Shown here piece by piece: positions 35,316-43,617 of a stretch of 59,972 nucleotides of DNA. The stretch comes from Candidatus Izemoplasma sp. (GTDB taxonomy: Bacteria; Bacillota_I; Bacilli_A; Izemoplasmatales; Izemoplasmataceae), in assembly GCA_007117885.1 (NCBI GenBank), contig SKFS01000153.1, positions 1 to 59,972 of the forward strand, read 5' to 3'. Numbering within the stretch: position 1 is the stretch's first letter; each line of letters begins with the position of its first letter. The notes below the pieces were generated by a model. The model was not told the DNA's origin, ran no database searches, and was given only the letters and a program-made list of their open reading frames with translations. The translations under genes and the position numbers were made by a program.

Positions 35316-35820
35316 GTTTATCTTCCTCTCTCAGTTGTGTTTGATAGCGTCGATAACTTTCATCGATGAGCTGGTAGGCTTCTTCCTTACCATGAAAGTC
35401 ATACACTTCAACTTTTTTATTTTGTTGGAGATCCTTATAGGTTTTAAAGAAATGCTTTATTTCTCGTAACATATGTTCCTGGATATCGTTGAGTTCATGA
35501 ATATGACTAAAACGCGGATCGGTATCCATGACGGCAATGATCTTATGATCTTTTTCATCGTTATCAACCATATCGAGATAACCAAGAATCCGTGCATCCA
35601 CTATGCATCCTGGAAAGGTCTTCGTACTCGCGATAATTAAAATATCGAGTGGATCGTTATCCTCAGCTAAAGTGTTTTCGATATAGCCATATTCAGCCGG
35701 GTATGTCATCTGAGAATAAAGCACACGATCAAGTTTAATCCGATTGCGTTGTTTGTCGATTTCATACTTGTTTTTTGTTCCCATAGGGATTTCAATAATT
35801 GCTTCAATCACTCTATCCAT
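35305..35820 (-). CDS. ppa: Inorganic pyrophosphatase, family I
   Basis: IEIPMGTKNKYEID, YPAEYGYI, DNDPLDILI and DEKDHKIIAV motifs. Confidence 0.92.
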   Translation of the reverse strand: MDRVIEAIIEIPMGTKNKYEIDKQRNRIKLDRVLYSQMTYPAEYGYIENTLAEDNDPLDILIIASTKTFPGCIVDARILGYLDMVDNDEKDHKIIAVMDTDPRFSHIHELNDIQEHMLREIKHFFKTYKDLQQNKKVEVYDFHGKEEAYQLIDESYRRYQTQLREEDKHGK

Positions 35821-35864
35821 AATTCATCTCCTGACCATTATTATACTGATTTTCATTCCGCTTT

Positions 35865-36290
35865 TCAATCATTCAGCTTAGTGAGTTTTTTCATCATCAT
35901 TCGATGTTCAATATCAGCATCTAAAAAAACTTCCCCGTAGGCTTCATAACCCAACTTCTCATAAAAGGGAATAATGTAACATTGTGCTCCGAGTTCTAAG
36001 CAATCTAAGCCCTTTTCTAGCGCATATTTTTCTACGGCGGCCATGAGCAGTGATCCAGCATTTTTATGCCGATGTTCTTTTAAGACGGCCACCCGGCCGA
36101 CTTTGTTTTTATAAAGCCGCGCGGCACCGATTGCCACACCCTTATCATACAAGACAAAAAGGGTTGCGTCATAGTCCCAATCATCGACTTCTAAAGCCCA
36201 GTCGATTGCTTGTTCAACAACAAACACTTTTCCGCGAATCAGATAGTGATCAACGAAAGTGCGTTGATCTTTTGCAATGACAACTTTCAT
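35865..36290 (-). CDS. GNAT-family N-acetyltransferase
   Basis: Acetyl-CoA-binding motif A region VGRVAVLKEHRHKNAGSLLMAAVEKYA; 141 aa. Confidence 0.85.
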   Translation of the reverse strand: MKVVIAKDQRTFVDHYLIRGKVFVVEQAIDWALEVDDWDYDATLFVLYDKGVAIGAARLYKNKVGRVAVLKEHRHKNAGSLLMAAVEKYALEKGLDCLELGAQCYIIPFYEKLGYEAYGEVFLDADIEHRMMMKKLTKLND

Positions 36291-36301
36291 AGTTTAACCC
36301 C

Positions 36302-37105
36302 CTAAACAATAAAGGATAAGACAATCGCAAAAACACCCGCAAAATAACAGTAGACACCAAAGTATTTAAGATTGCCTTGTTTAACTAAATGCACGAATAG
36401 TTTAAAGGCAAAATACGTACTGATGAGCGTCGCAATAAACGATACAACTAACGATAATGGCGCATAATTAGTAAAACTCTCAACTTCAAACAGCTCGAAA
36501 ATCATCCCGCCTAAACTAATAGGAATATAAAGCATAAAGGAAAACTCAATCAGCGTCTCAAACTTAATCTTACGAAGCAAGCCCCCAACAAACGTACTAC
36601 CACTTCGAGAAATACCCGGAAATAGCGCTAAGACCTGAACGAGCCCAACCGTTAACGCATCCCAAACATTTAAACGTGTCTTCGTATTTTCAACACTTTG
36701 CTTCTGGACTAAAAAAAGAAAAGTTCCAGTAATTAATAAACTAATGCCCACAGCGATCAACGTTAAAAACCCTTCAAAAAAACTTTTAAACAAGACGCCA
36801 ATTAATGCGGCAGGGAAGACACCAATAATAATCAGAATAAGATAATCGAAATCTGCTCTATAGTCACTCTTACGTCGAATCAGATAGTTCCAGTTCCCTT
36901 TGATGAGCCGAATAATCCGTTCTTTGAAAAGTATTACAATCGCAATTAACGATGCGAAATGGAGAAATATTTCCAAAAAATAATCGAGGTTAGGAATATC
37001 CAAAAACACTTGTGCAATCACCATATGGCCACTCGATGAGATCGGTAAAGGCTCTGTGAGGCCTTGAATCAGTCCTAAAATCAAAAATCGTAACCACTCT
37101 ACCAC
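36302..37105 (-). CDS. uppP: Undecaprenyl-diphosphate phosphatase (BacA/UppP)
   Basis: LIQGLTEPLPISSSGHM and FPGISRSGST signature motifs, 8 TM helices. GTG start after GGTGGGGA. Confidence 0.9.
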   Translation of the reverse strand: MVEWLRFLILGLIQGLTEPLPISSSGHMVIAQVFLDIPNLDYFLEIFLHFASLIAIVILFKERIIRLIKGNWNYLIRRKSDYRADFDYLILIIIGVFPAALIGVLFKSFFEGFLTLIAVGISLLITGTFLFLVQKQSVENTKTRLNVWDALTVGLVQVLALFPGISRSGSTFVGGLLRKIKFETLIEFSFMLYIPISLGGMIFELFEVESFTNYAPLSLVVSFIATLISTYFAFKLFVHLVKQGNLKYFGVYCYFAGVFAIVLSFIV

Positions 37106-37208
37106 AAAATCCCCACCTTAAATTCATATCGCTTTATTATACACTAAAGTGATTTAAAAATAAACCAAACTATGATAAAATAGGCGTAGTTTATTGGAGG
37201 TGCAACCG

Positions 37209-37550
37209 ATGTTTATAAATCAGTTCTTAAGTGATAATTTACTATTCCTTGTGATTGCAGGTTCGCTATCTCTTGTTTTAGTGGGTGTTCTTTTAACTAA
37301 AAAAAAGAAACCTGTTGTTATAGATGTAACGAAAATTATAGCCTGTTTCGGCGAAAAGAATATACTTCGTATTGATTTTAAGCGGCAAAAGATTAATATT
37401 CTTACAAAAAACCCGAAAGACGTGGATTATGATCAACTCAAGGAGCAGGGTGTACTCGGAGTAAATATAGTTGGTGATACAGTTAAGTTTTATTTTGAGA
37501 AAGACAATGAAGCTATCTACAACACACTCAAATCAACATTAGAAAGGTGA
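37209..37550 (+). CDS. Membrane-anchored PTS EIIB(Glc)-like domain protein lacking the phosphorylatable Cys
   Basis: One N-terminal TM helix, a KKKK stop-transfer, then IIACFGEKNILRIDFKRQKINILTKNPKDVDYDQLKEQGVLGVNIVGDTVKFYF. By eye this aligns with EIIB-Glc (..GGKENI..LDACITRLRV.......VD...LK..G..GV...G..VQ..FG). ATG at 37209 after GGAGG. Confidence 0.55.
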   Translation: MFINQFLSDNLLFLVIAGSLSLVLVGVLLTKKKKPVVIDVTKIIACFGEKNILRIDFKRQKINILTKNPKDVDYDQLKEQGVLGVNIVGDTVKFYFEKDNEAIYNTLKSTLER

Positions 37551-37556
37551 AAGACC

Positions 37557-37817
37557 ATGAAGAAAGACTTTTTAATTTTAAATGACCAAGGGGTTCATGC
37601 CCGACCCGCCACAACCTTAGTTTCTAAAGCGAATGAATTTAAATCTGAGATTACGATGACAGTCGATCGTGTAACGGTAGACTTAAAATCGATTATGGGT
37701 GTTTTATCGCTGGGTATCGCTAGAGGATCTCTCGTAACCATTGAAGCCCATGGTGAGGATGAAATCGATGCAATAACCGAGTTAGAAAAAGTGATTAAAG
37801 CATTAAACTTAAAGTAA
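37557..37817 (+). CDS. ptsH: Phosphocarrier protein HPr
   Basis: His15 context GVHARPAT and Ser46 context DLKSIMGVLSLG; 86 aa. Confidence 0.93.
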   Translation: MKKDFLILNDQGVHARPATTLVSKANEFKSEITMTVDRVTVDLKSIMGVLSLGIARGSLVTIEAHGEDEIDAITELEKVIKALNLK

Positions 37818-37836
37818 TGTTAGGCATTACTTTTTT
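37812..37836 (+). terminator. Hairpin terminator overlapping the ptsH stop codon
   Basis: Stem aagtaatg/cattactt followed by TTTTT. Only about 17 nt separate it from the next start codon. Confidence 0.7.
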
Positions 37837-37853
37837 ATCGAGTGGAGGAGAAC

Positions 37854-38333
37854 ATGGAAAAACTTGAACAACGTTTACCAAAAGAAGCAAAAACCGTTTG
37901 GATGATTAGCGGTGTCATTACTATGGCCATTTTACTGCTTTTCCCACTGGGGTTTTTTATTGCGAGATTTTTTGTTGATGCATTACCCCTTTGGCCCGTC
38001 CTATCAGGATTAGCGTTTGCTATCATTATCGGCATCTTAACAATTTTTATTACACCAAACCTAAAAATGATTTACTGGGGCTACGCGATAAGCGAAGAAG
38101 AAGTCGATATTCAATACGGCATAATCATCGTGAAAAGAACCTTAATACCAATGAAACGGATTCAACATGTCGATACTGAACATGGACCGATCCAACGAAA
38201 GTTTAAGCTAGCAACGCTTTCGATTACGACAGCCGGTTCAAACCATAAGATTCCTGCGTTGAACGAAGGTATCGCCCAAACTTTAAGAAATGATATTGTC
38301 CGCTTAACGAATTTGAGTGAAGACGATGTCTAA
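37854..38333 (+). CDS. YdbS-like membrane protein with a bacterial PH (bPH_2) domain
   Basis: Two N-terminal TM helices followed by a YWGYAISEEEVDIQYGIIIVKRTLIPMKRIQHVD block, typical of bPH_2. Paired with a YdbT-like gene as in Bacillus ydbS-ydbT. Confidence 0.7.
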   Translation: MEKLEQRLPKEAKTVWMISGVITMAILLLFPLGFFIARFFVDALPLWPVLSGLAFAIIIGILTIFITPNLKMIYWGYAISEEEVDIQYGIIIVKRTLIPMKRIQHVDTEHGPIQRKFKLATLSITTAGSNHKIPALNEGIAQTLRNDIVRLTNLSEDDV

Positions 38334-39750
38334 ACTGTATCGTCAGCATCCAATTACGATTATAACCGGTGTTTTTAAAGAACTGAAAAGCTATCTCATT
38401 CCTTTATTTATCTTTTTGGTTCTTCGATCACTCGGTGAAGAAAGCGGCACGTTTTTTGATCGTTGGTTCTTAATTTTTATCCTTGTGACTGTCGGATTTA
38501 GTTTAATTTCAGGCTTTTTTAAATGGCTGTTCTTTCGTTTTAAGTATTCACCCAATGCAATTGAAATCTTTTCGGGAGTCCTTATAAAGAAACACCGTAA
38601 TATTAAACGCGATCGAATACATACGATGGATTTAGAAGCCAATGTCGTTTGGCAGTTACTCGATCTAGTATCATTAAACATTGAAACACCCGGAAATCTT
38701 GATGAAGCAGAAGTGAAAATCTCGGCGATTCCACAAGGATTAGCCAACCATATTCGCGAAACACTCAATGAAAATGGCGCCACTGTTGAAAACCAAGCCG
38801 CCGCGAGTAAAACGATTGCACTCGATGCGATAACCTTGCTAAAAGCGGGGGCAACCTCAGGAAGTGTTGGTGTTGTCTTTGCCGTAGTTTTTGCCTTGAT
38901 AGGTCAGCTTCTCGTGTTTATTCCTGAACGAATTTTTCAGTTAATAGCACAGTTTTTTACGCAAACCGATGTCGTTGTAATTGTAATATTGTTCATCGTA
39001 GGGTTAGTGATTTCCTGGATCATTTCCGTTGTCCGTTATGTGCTGCGCTTTGCCTATTTCACATTAAGAGAATACGATGACTACTTAGAAATAAAACGGG
39101 GTCTGTTTGTCAAAAAACAACTGGCGATTAAACTGAGTAGAATTCAAGCGGTGACAATTATTGAAGGGTTAATCCGTCAACCTTTTGGTTATGCAACAAT
39201 CGAACTACAAGTCGCTGGCGGTGGCGGTGATAAAGGCGAATCTGTTGTTATTCACCCGATGATTAAGCGCAGTCAGATAGAATCATTTCTAGACACTTTG
39301 TTACCTGAATACGCCGTGCCAAAGCATTTCCATGCTGTCCCTAAGCGAGCGCTAAGACGGTACCTGTTCAGAGCATCCATTCCGGTGATTATGTTGCTTG
39401 GCTTAGGCTTTATTGATACTAGACTTATCGCTGTACCGTTAGTACTGGGTTTGTTTTTCATACCACTTGGGTATCTTCGTTATCACGATGCCGGCTATGC
39501 AAACCAACACGATGGCATGGCTTTACGGTTTCGAAGAGTGGCGAAAACGACCGTTATGGTTCAACGTAAACACCTGCAGAGTTATCAGATGATTACGAAC
39601 CCATTTCAACGTTTAAAAGGCTTAAAAACACTAGGGATTTGGGTGATGGCCTCACCCACACCCGTCTATTTTAATGTTAAAGATTTGCAGGATAGTGATG
39701 CGAAAAACGTTTACGATTGGTTAAAACAAACCACAATAAAAACAAGTTAG
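38317..39750 (+). CDS. YdbT-like membrane protein with repeated bPH_2 domains
   Basis: 477 aa in which TM hairpins alternate with three repeats of the motif (..IFSGVLIKKHRNIKRDRIH.., ..IKRGLFVKKQLAIKLSRIQ.., ..LRFRRVAKTTVMVQRKHLQ..). Overlaps the ydbS-like gene by 17 nt. Confidence 0.7.
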   Translation: MKTMSKLYRQHPITIITGVFKELKSYLIPLFIFLVLRSLGEESGTFFDRWFLIFILVTVGFSLISGFFKWLFFRFKYSPNAIEIFSGVLIKKHRNIKRDRIHTMDLEANVVWQLLDLVSLNIETPGNLDEAEVKISAIPQGLANHIRETLNENGATVENQAAASKTIALDAITLLKAGATSGSVGVVFAVVFALIGQLLVFIPERIFQLIAQFFTQTDVVVIVILFIVGLVISWIISVVRYVLRFAYFTLREYDDYLEIKRGLFVKKQLAIKLSRIQAVTIIEGLIRQPFGYATIELQVAGGGGDKGESVVIHPMIKRSQIESFLDTLLPEYAVPKHFHAVPKRALRRYLFRASIPVIMLLGLGFIDTRLIAVPLVLGLFFIPLGYLRYHDAGYANQHDGMALRFRRVAKTTVMVQRKHLQSYQMITNPFQRLKGLKTLGIWVMASPTPVYFNVKDLQDSDAKNVYDWLKQTTIKTS

Positions 39751-39772
39751 TCAATCACGACTAACTTGTTTT
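39739..39772. terminator. Perfect palindromic hairpin shared by the convergent ydbT-like and GGDEF genes
   Basis: aaaacaagttagtc / gactaacttgtttt (14-bp stem, 6-nt loop aatcac). Both stop codons lie inside the stem. Confidence 0.75.
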
Positions 39773-41194
39773 ACTTAAATGGGAGTAAACGACTTGATTA
39801 CGCCCTTTTTCCTTTGCTTGATACAGGGCTTTATCGGCCGCTTGAATCAATTCATTGGGGTGATCATTGAGGTTCGGTAGTTGGTAACTCACGCCAACAC
39901 TTATCGTGACGATATTCGCCACCTCAGATGTTGCATGAGGTATAGCTAAATCAATCACAGCTTGATGCATTGTTTTGGCTAAACGCTTAATCTCTTTGAT
40001 CGCAACCACCTTTAAAACCGCAATAAACTCTTCACCGCCATACCGCGCAAGAAATTGGTTTTCATTCGCTAAAATCGTGTTTAAGGTTTGTCCAATCTTA
40101 ATGAGAATATCATCACCTAGTAAATGACCGTAATGATCATTATACGCCTTAAAAACATCAATATCAATCAGTAAGACAGCTACATAGTGCTTTGTTTCTT
40201 TCGCCTGATTAAACCAAGTCTCAAAGTGTTTGTCAAAGCTTCGACGATTGGCAACATTCGTCAGACCATCAATGTACGATAACGTCTGAAACTTTTTTTG
40301 TTCTTTGATTAAATGATTCGTTTTTATAAGTTCTTCAGTAATATCATCAAACGTTTCCATCACCGCAATTACATGGTTAAGCTGATCAAACAACGGCATC
40401 GCTCGTATACTAAAATCACGAGGACCATTTGAAGTCTGGATGCGTTTCACCACGGTGTTAACCTCTCCTGTCTCAAAAGCCACCACCGCTGGACAGTTCT
40501 CACACGGTGTGTCACGTTGTTGAATCATCTCAAAACAACAAATATCCCGATAATTAAAATCTTCAAACAAGGTTTCGGCAGTCTTATTTTTTTCGATAAT
40601 TTTAAGCTCATGACTCACCATAATAACGCCTAAGTTTAAGTTGTTTAGCAAAGTCTTATACTTCGTGGTGTTTTCCGCTAACGTCGTTTGAATGCCGTGT
40701 TTATGCCGATCATAAAAATAAAGATAACCAAGTTGAAACGTTAAAATAAAGAAATAGACAAACATAAAAGCAGAAGGCATGTAAAAATCCCGTTGAGAAA
40801 TCAACAGGACAATATAGAGAATTAACAGCGCAAAAAAGAAACCTGCCGTTAAAATTAAGCCTTGGTGATAACGTTTAAACTGAATCGCAAAAAAAGGAAA
40901 GAGAAACGCCCATAAAACCCCTGCGCCCTCACTGCCACCAGTATAAAAAACGATAATACTAAAAAGCGCCACAAAAGCAATAAAGAAGTTCGACCAGTGG
41001 TTGAAATTTTTGCTTTTTTGGTAAATTAAAAAGAAGATAATCGTTAAAACAAAAGCCAAACTTGCGATGACTCCCGTAAAATACGTCTGTCGAGTAAAAT
41101 TGAGGATAATCATAGAAACCATGGCGATGGAAATTAATACCGATGTGAACTTAACAATAAACTGTTGACTAAAAAGTACGTCATTTTGATTCAT
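39761..41194 (-). CDS. Membrane-bound diguanylate cyclase: polytopic N-domain, Cys-rich PAS/PocR-like sensor, GGDEF domain
   Basis: About 5-6 N-terminal TM helices, sensor segment with DICCFEMIQQRDTPCENCP, then a GGDEF domain with an intact RYGGEEF active site (40025-40042). Confidence 0.85.
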   Translation of the reverse strand: MNQNDVLFSQQFIVKFTSVLISIAMVSMIILNFTRQTYFTGVIASLAFVLTIIFFLIYQKSKNFNHWSNFFIAFVALFSIIVFYTGGSEGAGVLWAFLFPFFAIQFKRYHQGLILTAGFFFALLILYIVLLISQRDFYMPSAFMFVYFFILTFQLGYLYFYDRHKHGIQTTLAENTTKYKTLLNNLNLGVIMVSHELKIIEKNKTAETLFEDFNYRDICCFEMIQQRDTPCENCPAVVAFETGEVNTVVKRIQTSNGPRDFSIRAMPLFDQLNHVIAVMETFDDITEELIKTNHLIKEQKKFQTLSYIDGLTNVANRRSFDKHFETWFNQAKETKHYVAVLLIDIDVFKAYNDHYGHLLGDDILIKIGQTLNTILANENQFLARYGGEEFIAVLKVVAIKEIKRLAKTMHQAVIDLAIPHATSEVANIVTISVGVSYQLPNLNDHPNELIQAADKALYQAKEKGRNQVVYSHLSKTS

Positions 41195-41333
41195 AGCCTT
41201 TCACCTTAAATAAGAGTTTATTTACTATAATTATAACCAAATTTACCTGAATGTCAAAACCCCTTGAAATGATTATTAGCACAGGATTGCGCTATCTTCG
41301 TCATAAAATGGTATACTAAAATCAGGTGGTACT

Positions 41334-42743
41334 ATGCAAATTGTTCTAGTGTTTCCACATCAACTATTTGTTGAACCAAAAGACGAGACCGTCATCGTGC
41401 TTATTGAGGACGAACTCTTTTACAATGAAGTGCATCGCTTTCATAAACAAAAACTGCTTTTGCATCGGGCCTCGATGCAAGCCTTTTACGATACACTTGA
41501 CGGAAGTAAACGGTATTTTGACTATCCTGTCAATCGCCAAGCACTTCATCGACTTTTGACAGAGGCATCATCGATTACGGCTTACCACCCGCACGATCAC
41601 GCCTTGATCGAAAAATATCAAGACTACCCAATAAAGTGGCTTGAAGACCCCACATTTCTTACGGATTCACAAACAATTGAAAACTATTTTAAAGCCCGAA
41701 AAAACTATTATTTGTACGATTTCTATCGCTTCCAAAGGAAACGCTTGAAAATCTTGATGAATCAAGATAAACCCCTAGAGAACCGTTATAGTTTTGACAC
41801 TGAAAACCGTAAAAAGCTACCCCCATCAATTAATATTCCAAACCAACAAACCAACTCGAGAAATCCGTATGTTGAAGAAGCGACTGCGTGGGTGAACCAC
41901 CATTTTCCCAATCACCCTGGCCAAACTGAAGACTTTAATTACCCGATCACCCATCGTCAAGCAAAAGCACAACTCATTGATTTTGTCACAACAAAACTTA
42001 CCATGTTTGGTCCTTACCAGGATGCGATCAGCGACCGTGATCCCTATTTGTTTCACTCAAACCTATCCTCATCCCTTAACACAGGATTGATTTTACCAAA
42101 AACGGTCATCGACTATGTGCTTGCTGCTGACGTGCCGCTCCCATCAAAAGAAGGCTTTATCCGTCAAATTATCGGGTGGCGTGAGTTTGTCCGTGCCATC
42201 TACTTACGTGAAGGAAAAACGATGGTTAAAGGTAATTTTATGAACCATACCTATCGATTAAATAATAACTGGTATCAAGCTAACACAAACCTATCAATTA
42301 TTGACAAACTATTACAAAAAATAGATCGCTATGCTTACAGTCATCACATTGAACGCTTAATGATTTTAGGCAACTTTATGTTTTTAATGACCATCCATCC
42401 GGACGATGTCTATAACTATTTTATGTCAAGTCATATCGATGCATATGCCTGGGTAATGGTCCCTAACATATATGGCATGAGCCAATATGCAAACGGGCCA
42501 ATGATGACAACGAAACCGTATTTTAGTGGTTCTAACTACTTAATAAAAATGGGCGCGGAAAAAGATCATTGGCAGCTTTACTGGGATGCGTTGTTTTATT
42601 GTTTTTTAGAGGAAAACAAAAAACTCATTGATGAAAATCCAAGGCTGCGCGTCTTGCTTAGAAACCTTGAACGAAAATCACAAACACAGATGAACAACTA
42701 TCGCAAACTAAAACAAGAATTAATCCAACAATTAACAAAATAA
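41334..42743 (+). CDS. Cryptochrome/photolyase-related protein (COG3046 / FeS-BCP-like family)
   Basis: N-terminal QIVLVFPHQLF...HKQKLLLHRASM pattern and C-terminal FAD-domain blocks (GWREFVR, SHHIERLMILGNF, IDAYAWVMVPNIYGM, TKPYFSGSNYLIKM) characteristic of this photolyase-related family. Confidence 0.75.
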   Translation: MQIVLVFPHQLFVEPKDETVIVLIEDELFYNEVHRFHKQKLLLHRASMQAFYDTLDGSKRYFDYPVNRQALHRLLTEASSITAYHPHDHALIEKYQDYPIKWLEDPTFLTDSQTIENYFKARKNYYLYDFYRFQRKRLKILMNQDKPLENRYSFDTENRKKLPPSINIPNQQTNSRNPYVEEATAWVNHHFPNHPGQTEDFNYPITHRQAKAQLIDFVTTKLTMFGPYQDAISDRDPYLFHSNLSSSLNTGLILPKTVIDYVLAADVPLPSKEGFIRQIIGWREFVRAIYLREGKTMVKGNFMNHTYRLNNNWYQANTNLSIIDKLLQKIDRYAYSHHIERLMILGNFMFLMTIHPDDVYNYFMSSHIDAYAWVMVPNIYGMSQYANGPMMTTKPYFSGSNYLIKMGAEKDHWQLYWDALFYCFLEENKKLIDENPRLRVLLRNLERKSQTQMNNYRKLKQELIQQLTK

Positions 42744-42754
42744 GGAGGAATAAA

Positions 42755-43585
42755 ATGACTGAACTCAATGCTTTTTATCGTCTATCCAACGGCATAAAAA
42801 TGCCGAAAATCGGGTTAGGAACCTACACTTTAAAAGGCGCTCAAGCCTATGAGACGGTGCTTACGGCTCTCAAACTAGGCATTCGTCATATTGATTCAGC
42901 AATTATTTATCAGAACGAACAAAGTGTCGGACAAGCCATCCGTGATTCGGGTGTTCCGCGTGAAGCCATTTTTATCACTTCCAAAGTGCCACCGCACATT
43001 AAAAATGCGCCAGGCGCGCTTAGAATGTTTGAAAAAACCCTGAAAAACCTTGGTCTAGATTATCTCGATTTACTCATAATTAATGCCCCAGGACCTTTTC
43101 ATGATTTAGACGGTGACTATGATCGAGAAAACATTGAAGTGTACAAACTGCTTGAAGAACTTTATAAGCAAAACCGTGTCAAAGCCATCGGTGTTTCACA
43201 GTTCAAAGTCAAGGACATCAAAAACATCATCGACCATTGTGACATTGTCCCTCACGTTCAACAAATGTCATTTTTCATCGGCCATACCCAGGATGATATC
43301 GTTACATACTGTCAAGAAAAAGGCATTCAAATTCAAGCGTTCTCTCCCCTGGCAAAAGGCTATTTGCTTACGAACCCAATCGTATTAACCATCGCAGAGA
43401 ACTATCAGGTTACCGCTTCACAAATCGCTTTACGCTACATTCTTCAAAAATCCCATGCAGTGATTCCTAAAGCTTCGACAGAAACGCATTTACGCTTAAA
43501 CACTGAACTTGATTTTGTGATTCATGACGACGACATGAAAACGCTGGATGCCATTAAGGATGACCCGCGGAAATACGATGACTAA
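42755..43585 (+). CDS. Aldo/keto reductase
   Basis: LGTYTLKG, HIDSAIIYQNEQSVG and ITSKV motifs, 276 aa (YtbE/YvgN-like). Confidence 0.88.
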   Translation: MTELNAFYRLSNGIKMPKIGLGTYTLKGAQAYETVLTALKLGIRHIDSAIIYQNEQSVGQAIRDSGVPREAIFITSKVPPHIKNAPGALRMFEKTLKNLGLDYLDLLIINAPGPFHDLDGDYDRENIEVYKLLEELYKQNRVKAIGVSQFKVKDIKNIIDHCDIVPHVQQMSFFIGHTQDDIVTYCQEKGIQIQAFSPLAKGYLLTNPIVLTIAENYQVTASQIALRYILQKSHAVIPKASTETHLRLNTELDFVIHDDDMKTLDAIKDDPRKYDD

Positions 43586-43610
43586 AAAAACCAGCGGTTG
43601 CTGGTTTTTT
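43584..43610. terminator. Bidirectional terminator between the AKR gene and trpS
   Basis: aaaaaaaccagc-ggtt-gctggtttttt: symmetric A-run, stem and T-run. Confidence 0.8.
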
Positions 43611-43617
43611 AGTAAAG

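Noticed and set aside
38391-38783. 130-aa antisense ORF inside the ydbT-like gene. Similar long antisense ORFs occur at 47650-48018 (inside gap), 32930-33262 (inside tsaC), 2611-2886, 2992-3255 and 54815-55111.
   Set aside because: These are shadow ORFs on the strand opposite strongly supported genes. They have low-complexity or Ser/Arg-rich translations, no ribosome-binding sites and no recognisable motifs.
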